From Pavona decussata (lineage: Eukaryota): DNA of 64,000 nucleotides. Made by a program: the position numbers and the translations under genes. The notes below the pieces were generated by a model that saw nothing but the letters and a program-made list of their open reading frames with translations, searched no databases and was not told the DNA's origin. Positions 36,450 to 48,153 of the stretch are shown here, piece after piece. Positions within the stretch are counted from its first letter, which is position 1. The number at the start of each line of letters is the position of its first letter. The DNA is taken from the NCBI GenBank assembly GCA_977016875.1, contig CDRNST010000018.1, positions 434,001-498,000 of the forward strand, given 5' to 3'.

Positions 36450-37500
36450 CCAGGTTAAGCATTCAGAGCTACAATTTCTAGTCTTTATATCCGTGGCTTT
36501 GGCAACGATGCCAAGCAGAAATGTGTTTTTGATTTTGCTAAGCAATCCAATTCACAGGTTTTCTTTTGGCAAGAAACTTTCGCTTCTAGGCTGGAGGCGA
36601 TTACTTCCCTTCACGCTGAATGGGCCGGTTTAAGTCTTTGGTCCCTTGTCTCATGTAGACAGGGCGGAGTCACAATTTTAGTTTCGGATAATTCTCCGTA
36701 CGGGATTTTGCAGTGGGGAAGAGATTCTTCCGATAGAATTGGGAGTGTTTTAGCCACTCTCTGTGAACGCAAATTTAATTTTGTTAATACTTACGCGCCC
36801 ACAAATGTTACTGATCGTAAAGGCTTTCATGATACCATACATGAATATTTTTTGCAAACTCTTAAAAGCTCATTGGGGGTGATTTTAATTGCATTGAAAG
36901 TGGATTTTACACTTGTTAATGAATTGAAGGAATCCACACAGTTCATCACTCAACTGACATCTGGCAAAAAAACATGGGCGCCAGACCCAGTGGAGCTGGT
37001 TTAATGCAGGCTAATCAATAGGATCTCTGCTCTATAAATTTTTCCTAGCAGATGATGGAGTGGCAATAACGGTTAAGTATTAATTTACCTTGCATGTTTT
37101 CTGATCAGGACTCAGTTGTTTTGCAGCTCAATGTTATGAGATGTTTGGGCGTCGCCCTGGCCTTTGGAAGCTAACTTTAGACTTGCTCAAGGAGCTGGAG
37201 GTGGTGGACAGTGTCAAGTTGCTAGGTGTAACAATGAGTAGTTCCCTCTCATGGAACCTCCATATACATGAGGTGATAAAAAAGGCTAGAATAGCAGATT
37301 TATCTCTGGAATAACTATTATACCTGGTATAGTTTATGCTTCCTTCCAGGAACCAGCCCCAGGTAAATTATTGATTACGCTATACCGGACTTCTACCATG
37401 CCCTTCCCCAGTATCTTAAAAATGAACTAGTGCGTTTACAGAAACGGGCCATATTAATCATAGTTCCATGGGCCAGTTACAACACTGGTTTGTGGTACAG
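36450..37500 (+). mobile_element. Tx1 APE fragment followed by a CR1-type RT C-terminal fragment (from about 37190)
   Basis: WQETF, NTYAPTN, GGDFNC, PGLWKL; then VDSVKLLGV...LSWNLHI...KKA and RLQKRA. Confidence 0.7.
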
Positions 37501-40500
37501 ACAAGTTCTGAATGGCCATCAAGTCAGGATTTAGGTAAGCCATTCTTTGCCCTTCTCCATCTTTACTGGTGACCCACCCAGGGACTTCATGCTCTGCTTC
37601 TACCGTAACCTGGGTTAAGCCAGTCTTTTCTTTTGTTTCCTTGTCTAAGTTTTTTTCTCTCTTCCTTTCTTCTTGGTTGGTTTTCGTTGCATTTTTATTT
37701 TTGTTTGGTTCTTTGTAGTTGCCCTTCCATTTTTTGGTCCCCTATGGGGCGGCCTTAACTTGGTCGGGTTTGCCGTTGTCTTGCATGGGTCGCCCATCCC
37801 TTTTTTGACCCCTTTGGGGCGACCTTAACTTTCTTCTTTTTTGAAATTGTAGTTATTTGTAGAAGGGTTAGTTCCCTTACTCTTAATTGTTCTTGTTTTA
37901 TTAAAGGGGACAAAGACCCTTTTATTTTTAATAGTGTTATAATCATATTATTTGTAATTGTATTTGTAGTATTAAAGGTGACATACCCTTTAATTTAAAT
38001 AATATTGAAGTATTCGAGGGGTAAAAGACCCTGTCATTTAATAGTTCCTGTGTGTTATTAAAGGAGACAAAGACCCTTCAATTTAATTTAAATAGCGTTG
38101 TTATCTTTTTCTTTGTTATTGTACTTGTAGAATTAAAGGGACAAAGACCCCTTAATTTAAATAATATTATAATTATAAAAGGCCCTTCATTTAATACTTG
38201 TTCCACTTATTAAAGGGGACAAAGACCCTTACATTAAGTTGTATGAAAATCATATTATTATTAGTAGTAGTATTAAAGGGGACAAAGACCCTTTAATTTA
38301 AACAGTTTCATCAGAGGGGTAACAAGACCCTTTGATTTACTTCGTTTTCATTAACTGTGTGTAGCTCCTTGCCATACCTCCCCGTAATAGGAGGACAGTT
38401 ATCATTAAGACGAAGAATTTTCCCTCGTCTTTAAGTGCGGCAAAAATGGTCGAATGTATTACCAGCCATCTTCATGTTTCTAGTGTTGAAGTTGTTTAAA
38501 TTATTCCTGGCCTGTAGGCCAGAATTACTTTTAGGAACCTTGAGGCAAGAACTATGCATGAGTCTTTAAGCAAGATGACAATTGGGGATGTCATCTGTCC
38601 GTTGTACATCCCAAAATACACCTCGCAAGTTATAGCTTACCTTTATCCTTTTGAGAGGGACAATCAATTGGTAAGCAAGGCTTTGTCTGTCCTTGGTACG
38701 GTACAGGATGTCCGTAACGAAGAATGGTCTAACGTTGAGGGTGTCGCTACGGGCACCCGTCTTGTACAAATCGTGCAGCAACATCATATTCCTCGGTTCA
38801 CATCATCGATGGCTTCAAATGTAAGGTTTGGTAGAAGGATCAACCTTTAGAGTGTGATATTTCCCACCAGGGGCACAAGGCCAAAGTTTGTTCTCGAAAG
38901 GGTAAATGCCTCCGTTGCCACCTGGGTGGGCATTTTGTTGTTAATGTCCGAACCCTGCTTGGGTTTGCGAGGATCTTGCCCCTGCAGCTGCTAGTGCTTT
39001 GGCTGCACCATCTTCTGTTGATCCCATTGTTGGTGACACTTCTTCTGTTGATGAGGTGGCTTCCCCTCCTAGTGGTGTTGTTCTGATCCCTGGTGACGGT
39101 GTTCATAGTGTGACTGCCTTTGCTGCACCTCTTCCTGCTTCTGACGCAGTTGCCCCAGCCTCTGTTCCTGTCTCGGGTGTTGCTTTGAGAGATAACCAGT
39201 TGGACGAATTGTCCTCTGATTCCCAACCTGCCAGCCAGAGGTCTTAGTGTGGTAACTCCGTCATGTGATGTCTTTGCGTGTTCTGCAGAGGGTCCTTCCT
39301 AGAGTGACGCCCCTTCTGCACTTATGAATTGTTCACCTTTGCAGTCTTCGGATGTGCCTTCGTCTGGTCCCTCCGAGCCCATGTCTGTTGAACTTTCCTG
39401 TTTGTCCCCTGAGTTGGTTGGATCCCCTGTTGTGGCCTCTGTTTCCTCTGTGGATTCTCTGGCCAATGTTTTGGATCCTTCAAGTTTGCCTCCTGAGGTG
39501 GTTGGTCCTTCTGTTGTGGTGTCAGGTTCCTCTGAGGATTCTTTGGCCAATGTCCTGTCTGTTCCTCCCGATCCTGGTGTTCTGCAGCCTTCATCTGAGT
39601 TGGGTTCTGAAGTTGCTATGGCCTCTGATTCCTCTGAAGACTCTTTGGCCAATATTTCTGAATTTCTGTCACCTGAGTTTGTTGCTCCTCTCTCTCCAGG
39701 GGATGGTCCTTCTCATCGATCTTTCCCTGTGAGTGGGGCTGCTTTGTTCTTGGCAGGAGTCGCCGTCTCCCCCTTCTAAGAAACATAAGATGCTGGCTTT
39801 GCCTTCGGCCATTCCGGTGTGTAGGAGGAAATAGTTGAACCTAAAAATCATCATTGTTCATGGTGGGTTACCTTTTACTTACCCTACTTATGGCTCTTAA
39901 CGTTATTTGCATTAATGTAAATGCTCTTCGTGATTCTTATAAGAGGGCTGGTCTCTTGCAGTATCTTCGTTCCCTTCAGTCTGTTGTTGATGTTGTTTGC
40001 CTTCAGGAGTGTCATTGTTCCTGTGACAGCGAGTGTCAAATGACGTTCCGTTCCTTAAGTTTTTTTTTCTGTTGTGTCCCCTGGCTCTGTCAGGTCTTTT
40101 GGTTCTATAATTCTTTATCGTCCTTCCTTGTCCCTTATTAATTCGTGGTGTGATTCTGATGGTCGTTTTCTTTTCGTGATTCTGTTTTCAGAGTCTGTTC
40201 TGTATATGCCCCTAACAGGAATCCTGCTAGAGACCAGTTCTTTGATGATTTGATCCCCAAAATTGACCCCTCTGTCCCCACCATCCTCGCTGGCGATTTT
40301 GATGCTGCTCTTGATCGCCTTTTGGATAGGGTTGGCTATTCTCCTGATGACACGTCGAGAGAGAGCTCCGTTGTTCTCCGTCGCCTTTTTGACTCTTGTT
40401 GTGCTGAGGATGTGTGGCGCTACCTCCACCCCTCTTCTTCCAGCTTCACCTGGGCCAGGTGGGACCATTCTTGTGCGTCTGGTATTGATCTTTTTGGCGT

Positions 40501-41620
40501 GCCCTTTGCTTGGGCCCCTTTTGTTTCTTCTTGTGATATTGTGTCTTCCCCTTTTTCTGATTATTATGCTTTATTGTTGTCCCTCTCTATTCCCGAAGTG
40601 GTCCCTCATGGCCCTGGTCTTTGGAAGCTTAATGTTTCCTTCTTGGATGATGATGAATATGTTGAGCTCATCACTGACTTTTTGTCTTTGTGGCCTGGTC
40701 ATATGAATTGTTTCCCTACTCTTGCTCAGTGGTGGGATGCAAGGAAGTCGAAAATCAAAGGTCTGACTGTTTCTTTTTGTTCTAATCATTCGAGCCTCTT
40801 CCGTTGGCCCGAACCATTCCAGTCTGGATCGTCTAACGGAACTTGATTTGGAGGCTGCTCGTGGGGCGCAAGTTCACTCTCGTGTTAAATGGACTGAGGA
40901 GGGGGAGTTGTTTTCCTCTTACTTCTTTGGTCTTGAAAAGAAACGTTCTGCTGACGGTCATATTGCTGCTTTGCGTGCTGCGGACGGTTCTCTTGTCTCC
41001 TGTTCTGACGATCTTTGATGTGTTTTTTCGTTCTTTTACCGTGATCTTTTTTAGTCTGAGCCCTGTGACCCCACCGCTCAGTCTGAACTCTTTTCTCATG
41101 ATGCTTCTTCTCTTTCCGATATTGACAATCAGTGTTGTGAAGGCCTCCTCACCCCAAGGGAATGTTAGACCACCTTAAAGGGTATGGCTCATGAAAAGGT
41201 GCCAGGGTGTGATGGCTTCCCCATGGAATTTTATGTTAAGTTTTGGCCTGTGCTTGGTGTTGAATTGGTTCATGTTTTTAATTTTTCTTTTTCTTCTGGT
41301 TTGTCCTCTTCCTCTGAGTGGCGTGGTGTTATTTCCCTTTCCTACAAAAAGGGTGTTCATTTAGATCCTCATAACTGGGGACCTATTACCCTTCTTAATG
41401 TTAACTATAAAATTTCCCGGCAGGCTATCACTGCGCGTCTGTTAAAGCTTCTTCACCTGGTGGTTGAGAGAGACCAATCTTGTGGCGTTCCCGGACGGTT
41501 TATCGGAGAGAATGAGAACTGAGTTAAACTCCTTAGTTTTTAAGTTTCTTTGGTATGGCAAGCGTGATCTTCTTTCAGCATCAGGTGGTCTACCAGCCCA
41601 ATTTTTTTTGGTGCACCCTT
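37500..41620 (+). mobile_element. Tx1-clade element, 'MPPRNRR' family copy 2: long 5'UTR, degraded ORF1 (about 38376) and ORF2 (about 39890, truncated in RT)
   Basis: ORF1 aligns by eye with 10486-11950. ORF2 has CINVNALRD, CLQECH, AGDFD, GLWKLN, PGCDGFPMEFY, DQSCGVPGRFIGEN. Confidence 0.88.
37901..38335. repeat. Array of about 9 hairpin repeats TTAAAGGG-GACAAAGA-CCCTTTAA with AT-rich spacers
   Basis: Copies near 37901, 37973, 38016, 38058, 38133, 38175, 38210, 38273, 38315. Four more near 8076, 8136, 8179 and 10437. Confidence 0.9.
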
Positions 41621-41700
41621 CATTCGTTGGGATAAGTCGGAATGTCTGGTTGGCATTGCACTCCTCAATGGGGTCTTCCATTCGCCTTTAACATAAAAAA

Positions 41701-41715
41701 CGTACCTGACTCGGG
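41701..41715 (+). ncRNA. Degenerate U1 snRNA 5'-end-like remnant between a poly(A) and the next element's 5'UTR
   Basis: AAAAAA|CGTACCTGACTCGGG parallels 57113-57125. Confidence 0.5.
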
Positions 41716-44700
41716 TCAGTTGGCCGAAGCCCTATCCTTTTGTGGAGGGGTTTAGGCTTTTAGTCCTGGGTGAAAATCTCCTCCACGTGCTCTTTGGGAG
41801 TGTTTTGGTGGTTTCCTATTGGCTGGTCGCCCATCCAATTTTTGAATCCACGGATCAGTCCCTAACTTGTGTAGGTGTTCTTTTGCTCACCACAGGGGGG
41901 TTTCCCATCCCTTTTTGGGCCCCACCCATTCAGGCTCAACTTTTTTTCGTCTTTTTTCTTCTTTTTGGGCGTGGCTATGGCCACTAACTCTCGCACTGTT
42001 TCTCTCTGGCAGGGGAAATTTCCCGCTGGTACTAGTCGGGTGGATACTGCCCAGGCAGTTTATCATCGGTTTTCTCCTGTCCATTCCCTGCAATCAATTC
42101 AAGTTCTTCCGGGTGGGATTTGTAAAGTCATGTTTGAATCCCCAGATTCTAAACAGTCAATTGTTGCCCAGCCCATGTGTGTTATTGGAGGTCGAGAGCC
42201 AAGTTTTGAAGTATGTTCTGTGCTCAACCCAAGTCCAGGTTCATTATTTCCCTGATGTTCAACTTCTGTCGACTGAATTGCGCTTTTATGGTGAAATTGT
42301 TAGTTGTCAGCCTCACCATACACCTTATTCCAAAATGGCGGCTGCCTCAGACGATCTGGGTCGAGTAGCACAAAAGAGAGGCATTGAGGGCCACGATTCA
42401 ATGTTTGCATGTTTACATGTGGTAGTATAGTCCGAAAAATGACTCAAAACTGTTGTGTTCCCGGGTGTAACAAAAAGGATGGCGTTAAAATATCTTTCCA
42501 TACGTTCCCTGAAGACAGAGAACTGTTCAGAAAATGGATAGTTGTCATCCGAAGAGATGTTGGCAAAGAGTTTAGAGTGACTGATCATACAAGGGTTTGC
42601 TCAAGCGCTTTAAATCGAGTGATTATCTTACATTACTTACAAGCCGTTAAAAAATGTTAAAACCGACAGAGAGTGCCGTCTATATTTTTTTTGGAAGCAA
42701 GGCTCTCCGGTAAAGAGGAAGTCCCCGAAGAAGAGAAGTCTGAGGCAGCCGCCATTTTGGAATAAGGTGTATTGAGTGCATTTTCCCCGGGATATCCCGC
42801 ATACTTCACAGTTTGGGAGGCATTTTGGGGAGAGCCTCTTGAGTGTGACATTTGTAAGGGCAGCCACAGAGTGGCTGACTGTGAATACTATAACAAATGT
42901 CTTTTCAAGGCTGATGACCATTATGCGAAGGACTGCCCTTATCCATGAAGTGTTGCCCCTAATTCTGCCCCTGCCTCCCCCCCCTACCCCCACCCCCGCC
43001 CCAGCCCCTGCCTTGGCCCCTGTTCCGGCCCCTTCCTCTCTGGCTTCTGGTCTTAGCTCCTTTTCTGAACCTGCTTTGGATGTGGTCATGGATACCTCTA
43101 ATCTGCGATAACCAGCTCGATAGCCTGGTGTCTGTCTCTCGTGCTCTGTCTGACATTGAGGAGGTTGATGAGGCTATCAACCAGAGTATTTTGCCCCCTA
43201 TTGTTAGTGTTACTGATAGTTTAGATGATGTAACTGATAATTTGAATGTTACCGATAATAAAACGAGGCTAACCAACGCTCATATAGTTGTAACTGACAA
43301 AACTGTTACTGATAATGTAGAATGTGGTACCAGTGATCCCGATAGGTCACTGGTAAAGGAAGCACTGATAAAAGTATTGGCAAAGGCACAAGCAAAAAGA
43401 GTACTGTTACCCCTGAAAACTCTGTGGGTGAATTGGAGCTTAGGAAATCTCTGATGTGGATATGGATTCGTTGTCTGGCAAGCGTGCGGCACCAAATGAT
43501 TCATCTGGGCTTGACAGTGTTGACGGCAGTCCTGTGGATCCGTCTCACAGGTGTCCAAGTAAAGTTAAGAAGCCGTCTGTTAACATCTCCGTCAGGGGTC
43601 GGCGTGATGCACATAATCGTTCTTTTGTTGGTAAGGCCCCTGCTACTGGTAAACATTCCTTGCCACAGCAGTCCAAGTCTGTTCCCCTGGAGAGATGATG
43701 GCTCTAGTCTCTGCTGTTCTTCTTCCTTGCCTGATGGCCGTGTCGGTCGTCTCTGTCAACTGTAATGGTCTTCGCGACCCTCACAAAAGATCTGGTTTCT
43801 TGCAGTGGCTGTGTAGTTCTCCGTGTACTATTGATGTGGTTTGAGTTCAGGAGGCTCATAGTGTTTCGTCTGCTGAGTGCCAGTGTTGGTTTTGTTCGTC
43901 TGGTCTGTCTTTCGTTGTGTCTCCTGCATCAAATAAGTCCTGTAGTTGTCTTGTCCTTTTTCGTCCTGCATTGTCCTTTGTTAAGTCATGGACTTATTCC
44001 GATGGTCGTTTTTTTGCAGCCCGAGTTTCAGTTCCATGACTATTTGTTTCCTGTTGTTTCCTTGTATGCTACAAATCCCAACCCTGCAAGGGACAAGTTC
44101 TTTGATCTTGTCTCATCTGTTGACCCTTCTATCACTACGGTTCTCTGTGGGGACTTTAGTACTGTCTTCGATGGTGCGCTGGACCGCTAGGGCTCTGATG
44201 TCTATGCTCCTTCCGTGATAGCAGACTGCACTTGTCCGCCTCTTTGATGAGTGTTACATCATTGATACCTGGCGTTACCTGCATCATTCCTCCTCCCGTG
44301 GAACATGGTTTTAGCCTGATGGTTCCTTGTCTTTGCATATTGATCTCGTTGGTTGTCCTTTTGTGTGGGTGTCTTCTGTCTCATCTTGCATTATTGTTCC
44401 TTGTCTTTTTTCCGATCACTGTGCGTTTTGTTGTGTGTCCATCCCTGATGTCATTCCCCCTGGGCCTGGTTTGTGGAAATTGAATGTTTCGATCCTTGAT
44501 TAGAAGGGTTATGTTGGTGTCATCACAAACTTTTGGGTGGAGAAGCACCAGTTCCCCTCATTAGCCAAATGGTGGGAGGCTGTTAAGTCCAGAATCAAAG
44601 GGATCTCCATCCGTTACTGTTCATCAGGGTCGTCCGCTTTCTCCATAAAGAGAGGCCATCCTGTCGGAGCCGACTTTGCATCTTAAGAAGAAGGTTGATG

Positions 44701-45460
44701 CAGGCATATTGTCTTTGTTCCGGACTTACCAATCTGTCTTGTGTCAGCTGGCTGACCTCGACAAGGAGATCAGGTCTGTGTTGGGTTGAGATGGGGGAAT
44801 TGTCCTCCGCCTTTTTCTTTTGTCTGGAAAAGAAGCGTGGAGCAGACAGTCGGATTTCTGCCTTGTTACTGGATGATGGCACCATTGTCTCCTCTCCAGA
44901 AGAGCTTTGTCAGTCTGTCTGTTCTATCTTTGTCTTTTTTCCCACAGAGCCAACAGATGCGTCTGTGTGGGGTACTCTTTTCCTATGAACGTCCGTTCCA
45001 ATCCCCATAGTTTCCTGTGTCGTTCTCGGGGCCTGTCTCCCATCCCTCAGTATACGGACAATACGTCTCTTGTTGTCATTACTGATGATTCAATCGTGGC
45101 ATGCTTTGAGACTGATGATCTTTAAGAGCAGGGTTCTGGTTCTAAGCTAAATCTGTCTATGTCTAAGGCCTCACGGCTTGGTCCTTGGAGAGGTAGAGTT
45201 GATTCCCCTGTTTCCCTTGATTGGACTTCGTCAAAATTAAAGTTATGGGTGTTTTTATTGGTCCTGGCAATTTGGAAGAAGCCAACTGGAGACCAAGGAT
45301 TCAGGTTGTGGAAATTGTCTTGTGTTCCTGAAGGTAGCACATTCTCCCTTTCAAAGGGGGTGCTCTTGTAATTAATGCTTTAGCCTTGTCCCGGGTTTGG
45401 TATGAAGCCTCGCTTATTTGAATGCCTGCCTGGATTCTTGGTTAGCTATCTAAGCTGGTC
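41716..45460 (+). mobile_element. Tx1-clade element: 5'UTR, ORF1 (ATG 41977), ORF2 (about 43734), degraded
   Basis: SIQVLPGGICKVMF, PLECDIC, CNGLRD, LCGDF, GLWKLN, AFFFCLEKKRG, QYTDNTSL. Confidence 0.85.
42320..42770 (+). mobile_element. Non-autonomous THAP-bearing DNA transposon (ISL2EU/Harbinger-like), 451 bp
   Basis: Perfect TIR ACACCTTATTCCAAAATGGCGGCTGCCTCAGAC flanked by AT. THAP motif CCVPGC...FHTFP...W...VCS. Removing it restores the host ORF1 continuity. Confidence 0.8.
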
Positions 45461-46001
45461 TTCGCTACATGTGGAAGAGGTTGCTGAAAATCCACCGTTT
45501 CGTGAGAACTACACCACTCCACCTACCCGTGAAACCCCTCTTACCGATTTTGTACGACAGCATTTTCATCCAGCGAATATTACACCCGACAGACTCTGTT
45601 TAGCGTATTTTAAGACTGACACTTGCAGCGTGCCAGCATTGATATTAATAACAGTTATTAATAACCGTTGGAAAGATTGCACTGTTCGTTGTCTTTGATT
45701 GTAGTTAAATGAATAATTGCTTGAATTTCCTTGCCATGTATTTTATTTTCACGCCTAAAGGCGCTGGAATTTCATTCAAATGGAGTTTGTGGCGTCTCCA
45801 TTGTTGTTGCCTCGATAATTTGATGTCACAAAGGGTCAATTTAATGTCGTAGGCGAAATTTAAACATTCCTGCCACTCACAAACTCAGACCGCACATACC
45901 GTATTTACTCAAATAAGCGCCGCGGCGCTTATTTAATTTTGCGTTTCTCCTGTGCGGCGCTTATTCGAGGGCGGCGCTTACTTGAGGGCGGCGCTTATTA
46001 A

Positions 46002-48117
46002 GAGCGCCTTTTTTTCATGACCGAGTGAGTGATGGCACAGGGTTCAAAAATTGACTACCCTCATATTTTGCTCAGACTTACTCTATGATGAGTTAATAAA
46101 CGTGGTGTATTTCTTATGTTCAGCTCTACTTTTGTTTTCCAGAAAATTACCAATAACTGTAACGGGCGCCGACCGTCACAAAATGGCGGAAATTAGTGCG
46201 TCGAGTAACAACACAAGAACTTCGCTCGTGTAAAGGGCAAAAGGAAGCACGGTTTTTTCAAATTGGTATATTTGTGTAAGAGTCATTGGCAAACGATTCA
46301 AGTCCAAAACCAGGATTGTTTACTAAACTGGGAATGCACGGCACGAGTTTGAAAATCACCAATATTTCACTATTTAAGAATCTCATTTTGGAGCAGCTTT
46401 TCAATAAACATTTTTCTTATGCGGTATAACTCAGAAGCGCTTGAGATTAAGGTTGTGATTAGTGGAAATAGTCTTCTTTTCAAGGATATAAAAATTAGTT
46501 TGGGGCTTTTAACTTCTGCACGAAAACTGAAAACCATGCTCTATGTCGAGAAAATCACAAACTCCACTTGTCAACAAACACAAATAATCGAATTAGTCTC
46601 TGTTATCGAAGCCAATATTCCAAGCAAATCTTAGTGCTTAGCACCTATTTGATTAGAAGGTCAACATGACAAGTTTACCTTGCTAAAACAGTGGCTGTAG
46701 ATTGGTTTTCATTCCTACTTTCTCTTCAAAATTACCATCTTCCCTCTGACAGCGAGTTTACGAAATCAACAACTATCTGAACGATACCTGGGTGGCTCTT
46801 GTACAAACATCGGCGCTATTCTTCGCAGTTTCAATACACCATATCTGCTATCTTTCTCTAACGTACAACTGAGCTTGTTTCATCGTAAAAAAATGACCAT
46901 TGAGCGAGATTTTCGATTACTGAGCAACAATGTCGTTTTGACTTCTTCAATCCATGCATATCATTTGTATGTCACGCAATGACATATCACACTCCTTACA
47001 AGGAAGGCTTGGTTACCAATATTCCTTCACGTGTTACACAAGTTTTGCGGATAAGGAAATAATTTTGGTTTGTTAAAAAAGACACTCTGTGATCTAAAAT
47101 TCTTAAAACAAATGGAAAAAACGCCAAAAAGAGCGAGATAGGTTAAGGAAGAAAGAACCACCGATCGACCGACAGACAAGCAGCCCGAACGATAGAAAGA
47201 AAAAAAGAAAGAAAGAAAACGAACTTGTAAGCAAACAAAGGAAGAAATGAAAGAAATAAACAAATGTAAAATTTAGAAGAAGGAAAGTAGTAATAAAAAA
47301 ATGGGAAGGGAAAAGCGGGAGCGCTCAACACTAAAGAAAACCAAATTTAACAAGGTGAACCAATCCTAATGATATAATGACCATCGCGTCATTCAAAATT
47401 TTTAAACAAACATGATCGCGCAGCCACGTTGTCCTTCCGGATAACACATGAAATGGATATCAATTGCTCTTTTCAGAGGTTAGCTGGGGGACAGTTCTCC
47501 CAAGATAAACGAAGACGAGCAAAAGAAAAAAAGTGCCCTTATCCTCCCGTTGCTTTCATGTGGAAAAAGCATCTCAGCACACACACAGTCTGTCGGCGTA
47601 AGTGATGTTGAGTCGGAGATCAAGTTAATTTTAGCACGAGCTTCAATTTTCACTGCACCTTGTGACATTTCGGGCATGACCATCTGTCCAGTTCATCCCT
47701 CCTCTTTGGGCATTGGGTGGTGGAGAGGTTCCCAACGATACCTTATCGAGCTACGCCAAAGGGAAATCGCGCAAGGCTGACCGCGGTATTAACAAGGCGC
47801 TTTCGGAGACTATCTAAGACGTACCAGAGCCAACAGGTACAAATTTTTCCGCAAGGCAACGTAGTTTTGCTAATTCATGTTAGGGGAAGGTCAATATGAA
47901 ATTTAAAAGTTGTGTCTTATTTTCAAACTGAGCGAAAAGCCGTAAGTCGGAAAAAATTAACATATATAACAAGAAGCTCGCATTTTTAATAACTAGCCTT
48001 TTTTTGGTGTGCGATAATTTAATTACAATGTTTATCACGAACTTAAATTTTTTTTCCGTAAATGAAACCAACATGCTTATTTTCCTGGAAACCCAACTAT
48101 AAATGCAACGCTTATGC

Positions 48118-48153
<36 letters not shown>

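Noticed and set aside
37901-38335. CRISPR array
   Set aside because: Eukaryotic context, no cas genes, irregular and mutually similar AT-rich spacers, and located in a LINE 5'UTR.
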